From Burkholderiales bacterium (GTDB taxonomy: Bacteria; Patescibacteriota; Minisyncoccia; Phycocordibacterales; UBA9973), in assembly GCA_023701005.1 (NCBI GenBank), contig JAMPXW010000004.1, positions 1-63,952 of the forward strand: a DNA stretch of 63,952 nt, given 5' to 3'. This document shows, in pieces, positions 34,204 to 43,098 of the stretch. Position 1 is the stretch's first letter. Each line of letters starts with the position of its first letter. The translations under genes were made by a program, and so were the position numbers. The notes under the pieces are model-generated. The model worked only from the letters and a program-made list of their open reading frames with translations. It was not told the origin of the DNA and made no database searches.

Positions 34204-34564
34204 ATTTTTCTTCCTCTGCTTCCATTCTACTACTATGTTGCATTCCTTTCAAATGCAGCATACCGTGGATAACTAAAAATCCCAATAATTGAGAGAAATT
34301 TCTTTCAAATTTTTTTGTTTCTGTTTTTATTAATGATGGACATAAAAGTATTTCTCCGGAGTTTTTTGATAGAGGAAATGACAATATATTTGTTGCTTTG
34401 TCTTTCTGTCTATAAGCCTTATTTATTTCTCTCATCTTTTCTTTCGAAACATAAGCCATAGAAAGGGAATAATTTTCTCCCAAAATATCATTTTTAATAA
34501 CAACAAGAGGCAAACTTGGTAGTTTGCCTCTTGTTTTGTTTATTAAAGAAAATCTATCTTCCAT
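34112..34564 (-). CDS. ybeY: rRNA maturation endoribonuclease YbeY
   Basis: HGMLHLKGMQH zinc motif. The C-terminal tail overlaps the ftsA start by 92 nt. Confidence 0.85.
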   Translation of the reverse strand: MEDRFSLINKTRGKLPSLPLVVIKNDILGENYSLSMAYVSKEKMREINKAYRQKDKATNILSFPLSKNSGEILLCPSLIKTETKKFERNFSQLLGFLVIHGMLHLKGMQHSSRMEAEEEKYDKKYFYRNRYRIHDDKSRGGRISKRRKKS

Positions 34565-34573
34565 AATATAACT

Positions 34574-34801
34574 TTATTTTACTTTACCGAGTTTACGTAA
34601 TTTTTCAGTTTCTTTTCTTCTTTCTAGGTGTTTCAAAGTAGCTTTTTTGACTTTGAGTTTTGATTCTTTCCTTTTGTTATATCTTGAACCTTTAACCTTT
34701 TGAATTATGTTAGATTCTTGAATTCTACGAGAAAAACGGCGCAATATGCTTGCGTTGTTTTCATTGTTATTTTTGCTAACCTCTATTACTGTTTTTGCCA
34801 T
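34574..34801 (-). CDS. rpsU: 30S ribosomal protein S21
   Basis: Start taken at MAKTVIEV. ..ILRRFSRRIQESNIIQKVK..Y.KR.ESK.. is a basic, S21-like sequence. Confidence 0.75.
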   Translation of the reverse strand: MAKTVIEVSKNNNENNASILRRFSRRIQESNIIQKVKGSRYNKRKESKLKVKKATLKHLERRKETEKLRKLGKVK

Positions 34802-34999
34802 ATAGGATAGATTATCATAGTTTTTTAAAAAACGCAAAATCAAATAAAATAAAAACAAAAACAAATTAGCTACTTTCTTACAACTCGCATATCAACCTGG
34901 GAAAAATAAACCATTTTATAGAAGCGTATGTTGAAGAAAGTACTAATTTATTTTTGTTTTTAGCTAGACTTTTTTGTAAAAAAAAGCTAAGATTCAATT

Positions 35000-35467
35000 A
35001 TGCAACAAAGAGGAGATTATATAACAGAAGAAAAGAAAAAAGCTTTAGAAGCTGAATTAAAAGATCTAGAAGGACCAAAAAGAAAAGAAATTTTGGAGAA
35101 TTTGGAGTATGCTAAATCATTGGGTGATTTGTCTGAAAATGCTGAATATCATCAGACTCGCGAAGATCAAGGTAAGTTGGAAGAGCGTATTAAAAAAATA
35201 CAACAAATTTTGCAATCTTCAGAAGTTGTTAAAGGTGGTGGAGGAGATACGATAGAGATTGGTTCTAAGGTTGTAGTTTGTAAAGTTGGAGAGAGTACAG
35301 AAAAGACTTATCAGATAGTTGGCTCTGAAGAAGCAGACATGGCACAGGGTAAGATATCAAACAGATCTCCTTTTGGAGAAGCTCTTTTTGGTAAAAAGAA
35401 AGGAGATGAGATTTCTTTCAATGCTCCAAACGGCGTCATCAATTACAAAATAATAAATGTATTCTAA
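35000..35467 (+). CDS. greA: Transcription elongation factor GreA
   Basis: Coiled-coil with ..A.SLGDLSENAEYH..REDQ, plus a C-terminal FKBP-like domain. Confidence 0.92.
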   Translation: MQQRGDYITEEKKKALEAELKDLEGPKRKEILENLEYAKSLGDLSENAEYHQTREDQGKLEERIKKIQQILQSSEVVKGGGGDTIEIGSKVVVCKVGESTEKTYQIVGSEEADMAQGKISNRSPFGEALFGKKKGDEISFNAPNGVINYKIINVF

Positions 35468-35476
35468 ATTATACAA

Positions 35477-36967
35477 ATGTCTTCACTAGAAGAAATAAGA
35501 GATACTAAAATAAAAAAACTTCAACTTTTAAAAGAGAAAGGAGTAGACCCGTATCCAGCTAAATCAAAAAGAGAAATATTTCTAAAAGAAGCTGTAGATA
35601 ATTTTGATGATTTAGAAAAAAATGCAGATGAGAAATGGGTAGCAGGTAGGATAATGTCTGTTAGAGGGCAAGGCGCTATAGTGTTTTTGACTCTTAATGA
35701 TGGCACTGCTTTATTTCAAGCTTTATTAAAAAAAGATATTGTTGGAGAAGACAAATTATCTTTCTTTAGTGAAGTTGTAGATATTGGAGATTTTATAGAA
35801 GTAAAAGGTAAATTTTTCAAAACAAATAGAGGAGAGAAAACGATAGAAGTGAAAGATTGGAATATGCTTTCAAAAAGTTTGCGTCCTTTGCCAGAAAAAT
35901 GGCACGGCTTGCAAGATGAAGAGGAGAGATTGAGAAGAAGATATTTAGATATATTGATGGATCAAGAAGTAAAAGATCTTTTTATAAAAAAAGCAAAGTT
36001 TTGGAATACTATTCGTGAATATCTAATTTCAAAAGATTTCCTGGAAGTTGAAACTCCTGTCATAGAAAATACTACAGGCGGTGCAGAAGCTCGTCCTTTT
36101 GTTACTCATCACAATGCATTGGACATAGATGTATATTTGAGAATATCGGCAGGGGAATTGTGGCAAAAGAAACTCTTGGTGGCTAGTTATCCTAGAACAT
36201 TTGAAATAGGGCGTATTTTTAGAAATGAAGGAATGTCTAGTGAACACCTTCAAGATTATACTCAACTTGAGTATTATATGGCATATTCAAATTATGAAGA
36301 GGGTATGCAGATGACAAAAGAGCTTTATAGATTGATAGCTGAGAAAGTTTTTGGTACTACTAAATTTTCAATAAAAGGTTTTGAAATTGATTTAAATAAA
36401 GAATGGGCAATTTATGATTTTAGTAAAATTATAGAAGATAAATTTGGTTTTAATCCAGGAAATGGTATTTATCAAAAAACAGGTAAGGCGATCACAGAGA
36501 AAGAATTAGAACAAATATGCAAAGAAGCTCGTGTCGAATATGAACGCAATGAATACAGTATATCGAGTGTTGCAGATACACTTTGGAAAAGTATTAGAAA
36601 AGAATATGCAGGTCCAGGATTTCTGATAGGTGTTCCTGTGTCTATGGAACCTTTAGCAAAAAAGAATTTTAATAATCCAAGTGTTGTTGAAAGATTCCAA
36701 GTTATTTTAGCTGGTAGTGAGATGGGTAAAGGTTTTAGTGAATTGAATGATCCCTTAGACCAAAGAGAAAGATTTGAAAGACAACAAGCTTTGCGTGACA
36801 AAGGGGATGAAGAAGCACAAATGGCAGATATGGAATTTGTCGAAGCTTTAGAGTATGGAATGCCTCCAGCTTTTGGTTTTGGACTTTCAGAAAGATTGTT
36901 TAGCTTCTTAGTAGACAAGCCAGTACGCGAGACTCAACTTTTTCCTTTAATGAAACCTAGAAATTAA
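35477..36967 (+). CDS. lysS: Lysine--tRNA ligase, class II
   Basis: OB anticodon-binding N-domain. Class II motifs ..FRNEGMSSEHLQDYTQLEYY.. and ..GFGLSERL. Confidence 0.93.
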   Translation: MSSLEEIRDTKIKKLQLLKEKGVDPYPAKSKREIFLKEAVDNFDDLEKNADEKWVAGRIMSVRGQGAIVFLTLNDGTALFQALLKKDIVGEDKLSFFSEVVDIGDFIEVKGKFFKTNRGEKTIEVKDWNMLSKSLRPLPEKWHGLQDEEERLRRRYLDILMDQEVKDLFIKKAKFWNTIREYLISKDFLEVETPVIENTTGGAEARPFVTHHNALDIDVYLRISAGELWQKKLLVASYPRTFEIGRIFRNEGMSSEHLQDYTQLEYYMAYSNYEEGMQMTKELYRLIAEKVFGTTKFSIKGFEIDLNKEWAIYDFSKIIEDKFGFNPGNGIYQKTGKAITEKELEQICKEARVEYERNEYSISSVADTLWKSIRKEYAGPGFLIGVPVSMEPLAKKNFNNPSVVERFQVILAGSEMGKGFSELNDPLDQRERFERQQALRDKGDEEAQMADMEFVEALEYGMPPAFGFGLSERLFSFLVDKPVRETQLFPLMKPRN

Positions 36968-37027
36968 AAAATCTTGCCCGCCTAATTACTTTCAGCGAAC
37001 AAGATTTGTAGTTTGACCTTGACTTGA

Positions 37028-37327
37028 TTAGCTCAAGGTTATAGGAGTCATGGGTCTCCAAAAAAATACTTTATTTAGAAAAAATGGCACCTTAGTTTTA
37101 AGGCGGTGATTGTCGATTGGCAATCCACATTCATCACATAGCAGAATGTGTGAATTCTCTTCATTTTCTCCTAGTGTAGGGTATAAAACTCCGATGTAAG
37201 AAAAATTATTTTTCTTACATGTACAGGCGTGTTCTTTTAGGCCATTATCAGAAAACACGAATAATTTGATTTTCGTATTTTTGGGTGGTGGTTCTTCAAA
37301 ACTATGAGTATTACTATCGAGTGTCAT
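37028..37327 (-). CDS. Hypothetical Cys-rich small protein (possible zinc ribbon)
   Basis: CTCKK...CDECG pairs. GAGGGG RBS. TTGACT-18-TAAATT promoter-like sequence upstream. Confidence 0.55.
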   Translation of the reverse strand: MTLDSNTHSFEEPPPKNTKIKLFVFSDNGLKEHACTCKKNNFSYIGVLYPTLGENEENSHILLCDECGLPIDNHRLKTKVPFFLNKVFFWRPMTPITLS

Positions 37328-37430
37328 ATAAACCCCTCAAGTTATTTTATTTTAGTTTTCTTTGTACTAATTTATATATAATTTACCAAAATAAGGACAT
37401 TTAAGTCAAACATAATATGTGCAAAATAAA

Positions 37431-37460
37431 AACCACGTCACTCCTAAGAGTTCCGTGGTT
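37431..37460 (-). terminator. Intrinsic terminator of an orphan minus-strand transcription unit
   Basis: Stem AACCACG/CGTGGTT with an inner ACTC/GAGT. TTTTTATTTT follows on the minus strand. Confidence 0.7.
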
Positions 37461-37651
37461 AAAACTGTTCTCATTAAAACAACATCCCAGACTGAGTCCG
37501 TTAATCTGACCTTCTATCCGTTGATCTAACTTCCTATAAGTCAGAAAAGAAAACAAAAAGCAAAGAACAATTTTTATGGGTGCATGCATGCGATTCAACT
37601 ATAATTCTCCCTATTGAGGATAATATAAATTGAAAATAACCCTTATTTAGA

Positions 37652-37679
37652 ATCATAAATTATTCTTTCAATAAGTCAA
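37652..37679 (-). promoter_or_regulatory. Sigma-70-like promoter (TTGACT-16-TATGAT) of the orphan unit
   Basis: -35 at 37674-37679 and -10 at 37652-37657, read on the minus strand. Confidence 0.5.
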
Positions 37680-37715
37680 GGTTTTTAGCTTTTTGAGTTA
37701 TCCACATATATTGTT

Positions 37716-37779
37716 TTGCGTTGTGGGGGAGAGTGGTTTACAATATATATCAAGTGGGAAAAGGTGGGAAATTTGGGGG
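37716..37779 (+). promoter_or_regulatory. mraZ (dcw) promoter with phased (G)TGGG MraZ-box-like repeats
   Basis: TTGCGT-17-TACAAT at 37716-37744. GTGGG/GTGGT/GTGGG/GTGGG/TGGGG start at 37723, 37733, 37754, 37764 and 37774, about 10 bp apart. Confidence 0.6.
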
Positions 37780-37790
37780 AATATAATTTT

Positions 37791-38237
37791 ATGCTTATAG
37801 GCGAATACATACATACAATAGATGAGAAAAATAGAGTTTCTTTGCCTGTAAAATTTCGAAAGGAACTTGGCAAGAAAATTATTATTACTCCAGGGCTTGA
37901 TCAATGTCTGTTTATTTTTACGAGTGAAGAATGGAAAAAAGTTTCTAAGAGACTTTCAGATTCTGATTCCGATCTTTCATTCTTGAAGGCTGACAAGAGA
38001 AGTTTTAACAGATTTATGTTTGGACGAGCAGCAGAAGTTGAAGTAGATAGTATAGGAAGAATTTTGATTCCAGATTTTTTGAAAGAAAGAATCAAGTTAG
38101 AGGGGAAAGCTGCGATCATTGGAGTAGAAGACAGAGTTGAGATCTGGAATGACAAAACATGGATGCAATATAGAGATGTAGTAGAGAAGCAAGCTGATCA
38201 ACTAGCAGAAAAATTAAGCAAGAAAGAAGATGATTAA
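37791..38237 (+). CDS. mraZ: Transcriptional regulator MraZ
   Basis: Start taken at MLIGEYIHTIDEKNRVSLP. Two SpoVT/AbrB-like halves (DEKNRVSLP, DSIGRILIP). Confidence 0.92.
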   Translation: MLIGEYIHTIDEKNRVSLPVKFRKELGKKIIITPGLDQCLFIFTSEEWKKVSKRLSDSDSDLSFLKADKRSFNRFMFGRAAEVEVDSIGRILIPDFLKERIKLEGKAAIIGVEDRVEIWNDKTWMQYRDVVEKQADQLAEKLSKKEDD

Positions 38238-39126
38238 CAAGAATACAGAGAGTGTACATAAGACAGTTCTTTTAAAAGAAACAATAGAAGGTTTGAATTT
38301 AAACAAAGATCAATCTTTGGTCATCGATGCCACGTTTGGTGGAGGTGGTCATAGTAAAGAAATTTTAGAAGAGTACAAGAATGCAAAAATAATTGCATTT
38401 GATCAAGACAAAGGAGCTTGGGACAGAGCCAAAGATAAATTTAAAGGTTTAGAAAAAAGAATTACTTTTTTAAATCTAAATTTTAGAGAGATAAATAGTA
38501 AAGAAAAAGTTGATGGAATTATTTTTGATTTAGGTTTAAGTTCAGATCAATTAGAAAATTCCGGACGAGGATTTTCTTTCATGAAAGATGAACCGTTGCT
38601 AATGACGATGAAAGAAAATCCTCTTCCAGAAGACCTGACAGCCATGGACATAGTAAATAATTGGGGAGAAGAAAATTTGGCAGATATTATTTATGGTTAT
38701 GGCGAAGAAAGATTTTCTAGAAGAATAGCTAAAGCGATAGTCGAGTTTAGAAAGAACGAAGAGATAAATTCAACTTTTACTTTAGTAAAAATTATCGAAA
38801 ATAGTGTTCCAGGGGCTTATAAAAAAGGAAGAATACATTGTGCCACGAAGACCTTTCAAGCCCTTAGAATAGCCGTTAACGATGAATTAGGGGCATTAGA
38901 AGAAGGTTTAAACAAAGGTTTTGAAGTTTTAAAGAATGGAGGCAGAATGTCAGTGATTTCTTTTCATAGTTTGGAAGACAGGGTAGTGAAAAGATTCTTT
39001 AAAAAATTAGAAAAAGATAAAAAAGCCATATTAGTAAATAAAAAGATTATCACAGCGACAAATGAAGAAATAAAAAATAACCCAAGATCAAGAAGTGCAA
39101 AATTAAGAATTTTAGAAAAAATATAA
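38230..39126 (+). CDS. rsmH: 16S rRNA (cytosine1402-N4)-methyltransferase RsmH
   Basis: HKTVLLKE, DATFGGGGHS, FDLGLSS and SFHSLEDR motifs. Confidence 0.95.
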   Translation: MINKNTESVHKTVLLKETIEGLNLNKDQSLVIDATFGGGGHSKEILEEYKNAKIIAFDQDKGAWDRAKDKFKGLEKRITFLNLNFREINSKEKVDGIIFDLGLSSDQLENSGRGFSFMKDEPLLMTMKENPLPEDLTAMDIVNNWGEENLADIIYGYGEERFSRRIAKAIVEFRKNEEINSTFTLVKIIENSVPGAYKKGRIHCATKTFQALRIAVNDELGALEEGLNKGFEVLKNGGRMSVISFHSLEDRVVKRFFKKLEKDKKAILVNKKIITATNEEIKNNPRSRSAKLRILEKI

Positions 39127-39479
39127 TGAAACAAGCAAGTTTAAAATTAAAAAATTATGCCAGTAATGTAAATATCATAGATAATGGTAATTTACAAAGA
39201 AGAATTTTAAACATGATGCTTTTTGTATTAGGAGGTTTGGCTTTGTTTTATGTTTTTCTCTTGGGCAATATGGTTTTCAATATAGTAGAAAGAAAAGCTT
39301 TAGAAGTGCATGCACTTAATTTACAAAATGAAGTTGGCAATCTTGAATTAGAATATTTATCAAAAACAGAAAAAATAGATTTAGATTTAGCTTATTCTTT
39401 AGGATTTAAAGAAATAAAGACAAAATTTGCAACGAGAAAAGCTCTTGGAAGTATAAAAGTAGCTAAAAATGAAATATAG
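39126..39479 (+). CDS. FtsL-like cell division membrane protein
   Basis: Position between rsmH and ftsI. Single TM followed by a coiled coil. Confidence 0.55.
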   Translation: MKQASLKLKNYASNVNIIDNGNLQRRILNMMLFVLGGLALFYVFLLGNMVFNIVERKALEVHALNLQNEVGNLELEYLSKTEKIDLDLAYSLGFKEIKTKFATRKALGSIKVAKNEI

Positions 39480-41181
39480 TTCTCTTTTAAGAACCAGAAT
39501 CATATTTTTTTGTATTTCAGCTTTTGCCTTTATTTTAATAGGTAAACTTTTTTTAGTACAGGTAGTACATAGTGAATCATACAAAGAAAGAGCTGATAGG
39601 CAATACTCAACCCCTTCATCAAATATTTTTGAAAGAGGGTCTATTTATTTTTCTAGAAAAGATAATCAATTAGTCTCTGCTGCTATGCAAATAGCAGGAT
39701 TTAAAATAGCTATCAACCCTATAAAAATTATTGATAAAGAAAAAGTTTATACAGATTTATCAAATATTGTAGTTATAGATCATGATGATTTTATTTTAAA
39801 AGCAAATAAACAAAATGATCCTTATGAGGAGATAGCGACTCATCTTTCAAAAGAAGAAGCAGATAAAGTATCAGCTTTAAAAATTCCAGGAGTTTCAGTT
39901 TATAAAGAAAAATGGCGTTTTTATCCAGGTTCAAATATGGCATCTCAGTCTTTAGGTTTTGTGGCATATAAGGGTGATGATTTATCTGGCCGTTATGGGT
40001 TAGAGAGACAATATGACAATGTGCTTTCTAAAGATAAAGATAATCCCTATGTAAATTTCTTTGCAGAAGTTTTTTCTAATATCAATGATTCTTTATTTAA
40101 TAGTGAAGCAAAAGAGGGAGATGTAGTGACGACGATAGAGCCATCTGTGCAAAGTTTCTTAGAAAAAACTCTAGGAGAGCTTAGGAATAAATATCAAATC
40201 GATTCTATCGGCGGGATAATTATGAATCCTACAGATGGTTCCATCTATGCCTTGAGCACTAAGCCAGATTTTGATTTGAATAATTTTTCTAAAGTTAAAA
40301 CAACTTCTACTTTTTCAAATCCATTAGTAGAAAATGTTTTAGAGTTTGGTTCTGTGGTCAAGCCTCTCGTCGTCGCTAGTGGGCTCGATGCAGGAGTCAT
40401 CACAGCTAATACAAAATATGAAGACAAAGGTTCTGTTGTCGTAGAAGATAAAGAAATATTTAATTTCGATAAGAAAGCTCGAGGCGTAGTGACTATGCAA
40501 GAAGTGTTGAATCAATCTTTGAACACAGGGATGGTTTTTATCTATAAAAAATTAGGCAAAGAAAGAATGCGAGATTATATGCTTTCATATGGAATTAAAG
40601 AAAAGACAGGCATTGATTTACCAAATGAGACATCGGGCTTGGTATCAAATATTATTACAAGTCCTAGAGATTTAGAATATGCAAATGCCGCCTTTGGACA
40701 AGGTATAGCTTTGACACCCGTAGAGATGGTGAGAGCCTTAGCCTCACTTGCTAATAAAGGCAATCTGGTAGTTCCTCATGTTGTAGATAAAATAAAATAC
40801 AATGACGGTACAGAGAAAAAAATGATATATGAGAGTAAACGTGCTAAAATATCAGAAGCTTCTGCTGAAGAAACGACGCGAATGCTTGTGAATGTTATGG
40901 ATAAAGGTTTGGGCGGAAGCAATGGAAAGTTAGACAATTATAGCGTCGCTGTGAAGACAGGGACGGCCCAAGTGGCGAATAGTGAGGGAGGTGGGTATTA
41001 TGAAGATAGGCATACACATTCTTTCTTTGGGTATTTCCCAGCTTACGATCCTAAATTTATTGTTTTTCTTTATGCGATAAATCCAAAAGGTACACAATAT
41101 GCTGTGCAAACTTGGAAAGATCCTTTTGTGAGTATTGCGAAATTTTTAGTAAATTATTATGAAGTAGCCCCAGATAGATAA
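39469..41181 (+). CDS. ftsI: Class B penicillin-binding protein (FtsI/PBP2-type transpeptidase)
   Basis: N-terminal TM, dimerisation domain, and the SVVKP (SxxK), SLN and KTGTA motifs. Confidence 0.9.
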   Translation: MKYSSLLRTRIIFFCISAFAFILIGKLFLVQVVHSESYKERADRQYSTPSSNIFERGSIYFSRKDNQLVSAAMQIAGFKIAINPIKIIDKEKVYTDLSNIVVIDHDDFILKANKQNDPYEEIATHLSKEEADKVSALKIPGVSVYKEKWRFYPGSNMASQSLGFVAYKGDDLSGRYGLERQYDNVLSKDKDNPYVNFFAEVFSNINDSLFNSEAKEGDVVTTIEPSVQSFLEKTLGELRNKYQIDSIGGIIMNPTDGSIYALSTKPDFDLNNFSKVKTTSTFSNPLVENVLEFGSVVKPLVVASGLDAGVITANTKYEDKGSVVVEDKEIFNFDKKARGVVTMQEVLNQSLNTGMVFIYKKLGKERMRDYMLSYGIKEKTGIDLPNETSGLVSNIITSPRDLEYANAAFGQGIALTPVEMVRALASLANKGNLVVPHVVDKIKYNDGTEKKMIYESKRAKISEASAEETTRMLVNVMDKGLGGSNGKLDNYSVAVKTGTAQVANSEGGGYYEDRHTHSFFGYFPAYDPKFIVFLYAINPKGTQYAVQTWKDPFVSIAKFLVNYYEVAPDR

Positions 41182-41183
41182 AT

Positions 41184-42479
41184 ATGAAAGAAACTTTAAA
41201 AAAAATCATTACATATATTTTACGAATAGAGTCTCGTTTAGTTCTTTGGAGATATAAACCTAAAGTAGTAGCTATTACGGGTTCTGTAGGCAAAACTTCC
41301 ACTAAAGATGCTGTTTTTGCTGTTATATCTGAAATATCTTATGTTCGTAAAAGTGAAAAGAGTTACAACAGTGAGATAGGCTTACCACTTACTATTTTGG
41401 GATGTCCAAATGGTTGGAGTAATCCTTATATATGGTTTTTGAATATATTGAAAGGTTTATGGTTATTTTTATATCCTCATAAATATCCTAAATGGCTTGT
41501 GCTTGAAGTAGGCATAGGAAAAGCAGGAGATATGAAACGCACAGCATCTTGGTTGAAAAGTGATGTTGTCATCATCACTGCTATAGGAGAAACTCCATCT
41601 CATATAGAATTTTTTGATTCTCATAAACATTTAGTAGAAGAAAAAAGTCAGCTTATAAAAACTTTAAAAAAGAATGGCCTTTTGATTTTAAATAATGATG
41701 ACGATCATGTGATGAGCATGAAAACAAAAACTAAAAATATCACCGTGACTTATGGTTTCCAAGAAGGAGCAGACTTGCGAGGTTCTTCAGATAGCATTTT
41801 TTATAACGACAGGGGAGTTCCAGAAGGTTTAATATTTAGAGTAGATGGAGCGGGTAGTAGTTTGCCTGTAGTTATAGAAGGAGTTTTTGGTAGGAATCAC
41901 ATTTATGCTTCTCTCGGAGCTTTGGCTCTCGCTTCAGGTCTTAAATTAAATATGCTCGATGCTATTCATAAATTAAAAAATTATAATGTTCCTCCAGGAC
42001 GTATGCGCTTATTGAAAGGGATAAAAGATTCTTTTATTATTGATGACACTTACAATTCTTCTCCTTTTGCTTGTGAATCTGCATTGAAGACTTTAGGTGA
42101 AGTTAAATTAGTGGGGAGAAAGATTGCAGTTTTGGGAGATATGTTGGAGCTCGGTAAACATACAGAAGAAGCTCACAAAAATATTGGTAAATTTGTAAAA
42201 GAAAATGCTAATGTTCTTATTGTCGTCGGTCCTAGATCTCAAAAGATAAAAGAAGGAGCCATAGAAGCTGGCATGGATATGGAAAGTGTTTTTGATTTTT
42301 CTAGTTCACGTAATGCGGGAGAATTTCTTGATGATTTTATTAAAAAAGATGATTTGATTTTGGTTAAAGGTTCGCAGGGGATGAGAATGGAGCACACAGT
42401 GGAAGCTATTTTAGAAGATAAAAAAAATAAAAAAGAATTACTCGTTCGTCAGGATGATGAGTGGAAAAATAAAATATAA
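41184..42479 (+). CDS. murF: UDP-N-acetylmuramoyl-tripeptide--D-alanyl-D-alanine ligase
   Basis: ITGSVGKTSTKD, DDTYNSSP and LGDMLELG motifs. Confidence 0.9.
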   Translation: MKETLKKIITYILRIESRLVLWRYKPKVVAITGSVGKTSTKDAVFAVISEISYVRKSEKSYNSEIGLPLTILGCPNGWSNPYIWFLNILKGLWLFLYPHKYPKWLVLEVGIGKAGDMKRTASWLKSDVVIITAIGETPSHIEFFDSHKHLVEEKSQLIKTLKKNGLLILNNDDDHVMSMKTKTKNITVTYGFQEGADLRGSSDSIFYNDRGVPEGLIFRVDGAGSSLPVVIEGVFGRNHIYASLGALALASGLKLNMLDAIHKLKNYNVPPGRMRLLKGIKDSFIIDDTYNSSPFACESALKTLGEVKLVGRKIAVLGDMLELGKHTEEAHKNIGKFVKENANVLIVVGPRSQKIKEGAIEAGMDMESVFDFSSSRNAGEFLDDFIKKDDLILVKGSQGMRMEHTVEAILEDKKNKKELLVRQDDEWKNKI

Positions 42480-42488
42480 AAGAAAAAA

Positions 42489-42510
42489 GCAGGGGAGACA
42501 ACTCCTCTGC
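42489..42510. terminator. Bidirectional intrinsic terminator
   Basis: 9-bp stem GCAGGGGAG/CTCCTCTGC (one G-T pair) with a 4-nt loop, flanked by an A-run and TTTTCGTTTT. Confidence 0.8.
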
Positions 42511-42518
42511 TTTTCGTT

Positions 42519-42752
42519 TTAAACTTCTCTGAAAGTTTTCTCAATTTTTTCGTAATATCTTTTTGTTCTTTCATTTTTTCTTTTTTCAATAAAAAGAATT
42601 AAAAAAATGAATGGTATTCCAAGAAATAAATAGACAGCGTATTCTTGGTTTTCATTTTTCGTTACTAATTTTGTTGCAATAACGAAGATGATGATTGGCG
42701 CAATATATAAAATCAGGATACCAATTAGATTTTTAATCTTACTTTTTTTCAT
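42519..42752 (-). CDS. Small 2-TM membrane protein (hypothetical)
   Basis: Two hydrophobic helices. Weak RBS. Confidence 0.4.
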   Translation of the reverse strand: MKKSKIKNLIGILILYIAPIIIFVIATKLVTKNENQEYAVYLFLGIPFIFLILFIEKRKNERTKRYYEKIEKTFREV

Positions 42753-42857
42753 ATAAAGTACCTTTGGCTGGTTCTATATAAGCATAGCATATTTAAAGCC
42801 ACTTGTCAAGTTAAATTAAATATGCTATAAATAAAGAAGATAAACAAAGGAGATTAT

Positions 42858-43067
42858 ATGGATTTTGCTCTTGCCGTGTGCTATAGCTTTACAATTGTAG
42901 AGATTATAGCGATTTTCTATGGTTTTCTTTTAAAAGCTTTTTATTTTTTCAGAAAACATAGAAAATATGATTTTAAAAAATATTTTCTTAAAAGTTTAAA
43001 ATATTGGTTTATTGCTTGTATTTTTGTTTTGGTGATGAATCAAATTTTTAAATGGTATGGATATTAG
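42858..43067 (+). CDS. Small 2-TM membrane protein (hypothetical)
   Basis: AAGGAG RBS, two hydrophobic helices, and a hairpin with T-run at 43066-43098. Confidence 0.5.
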   Translation: MDFALAVCYSFTIVEIIAIFYGFLLKAFYFFRKHRKYDFKKYFLKSLKYWFIACIFVLVMNQIFKWYGY

Positions 43068-43098
43068 CACTTGTGAATGCAAATTTACAGGTGCTTTT

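Noticed and set aside
34866-34945. Imperfect inverted repeat (TAGCTACTTTCTTACAAC... / ...GTTGAAGAAAGTACTA) in the divergent rpsU-greA spacer, considered as an operator or r-protein leader.
   Set aside because: The arms are AT-rich and imperfect, with a loop of about 30 nt. I cannot distinguish this from chance in this composition without comparative data.
36968-37040. Hairpins after lysS (AATCTTG...CAAGATT and ACCTTGA...TCAAGGT) considered as annotated terminators.
   Set aside because: The first has a 23-nt loop. The second overlaps the stop codon of the convergent gene. The region is plausibly a termination zone but too ambiguous to give coordinates with confidence.
37401-37598. TTG-start 65-aa ORF with a GGGAG upstream.
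   Set aside because: It would extend through the intrinsic terminator stem and T-run of its own transcript. The interval is kept only as a candidate sRNA unit in the findings.
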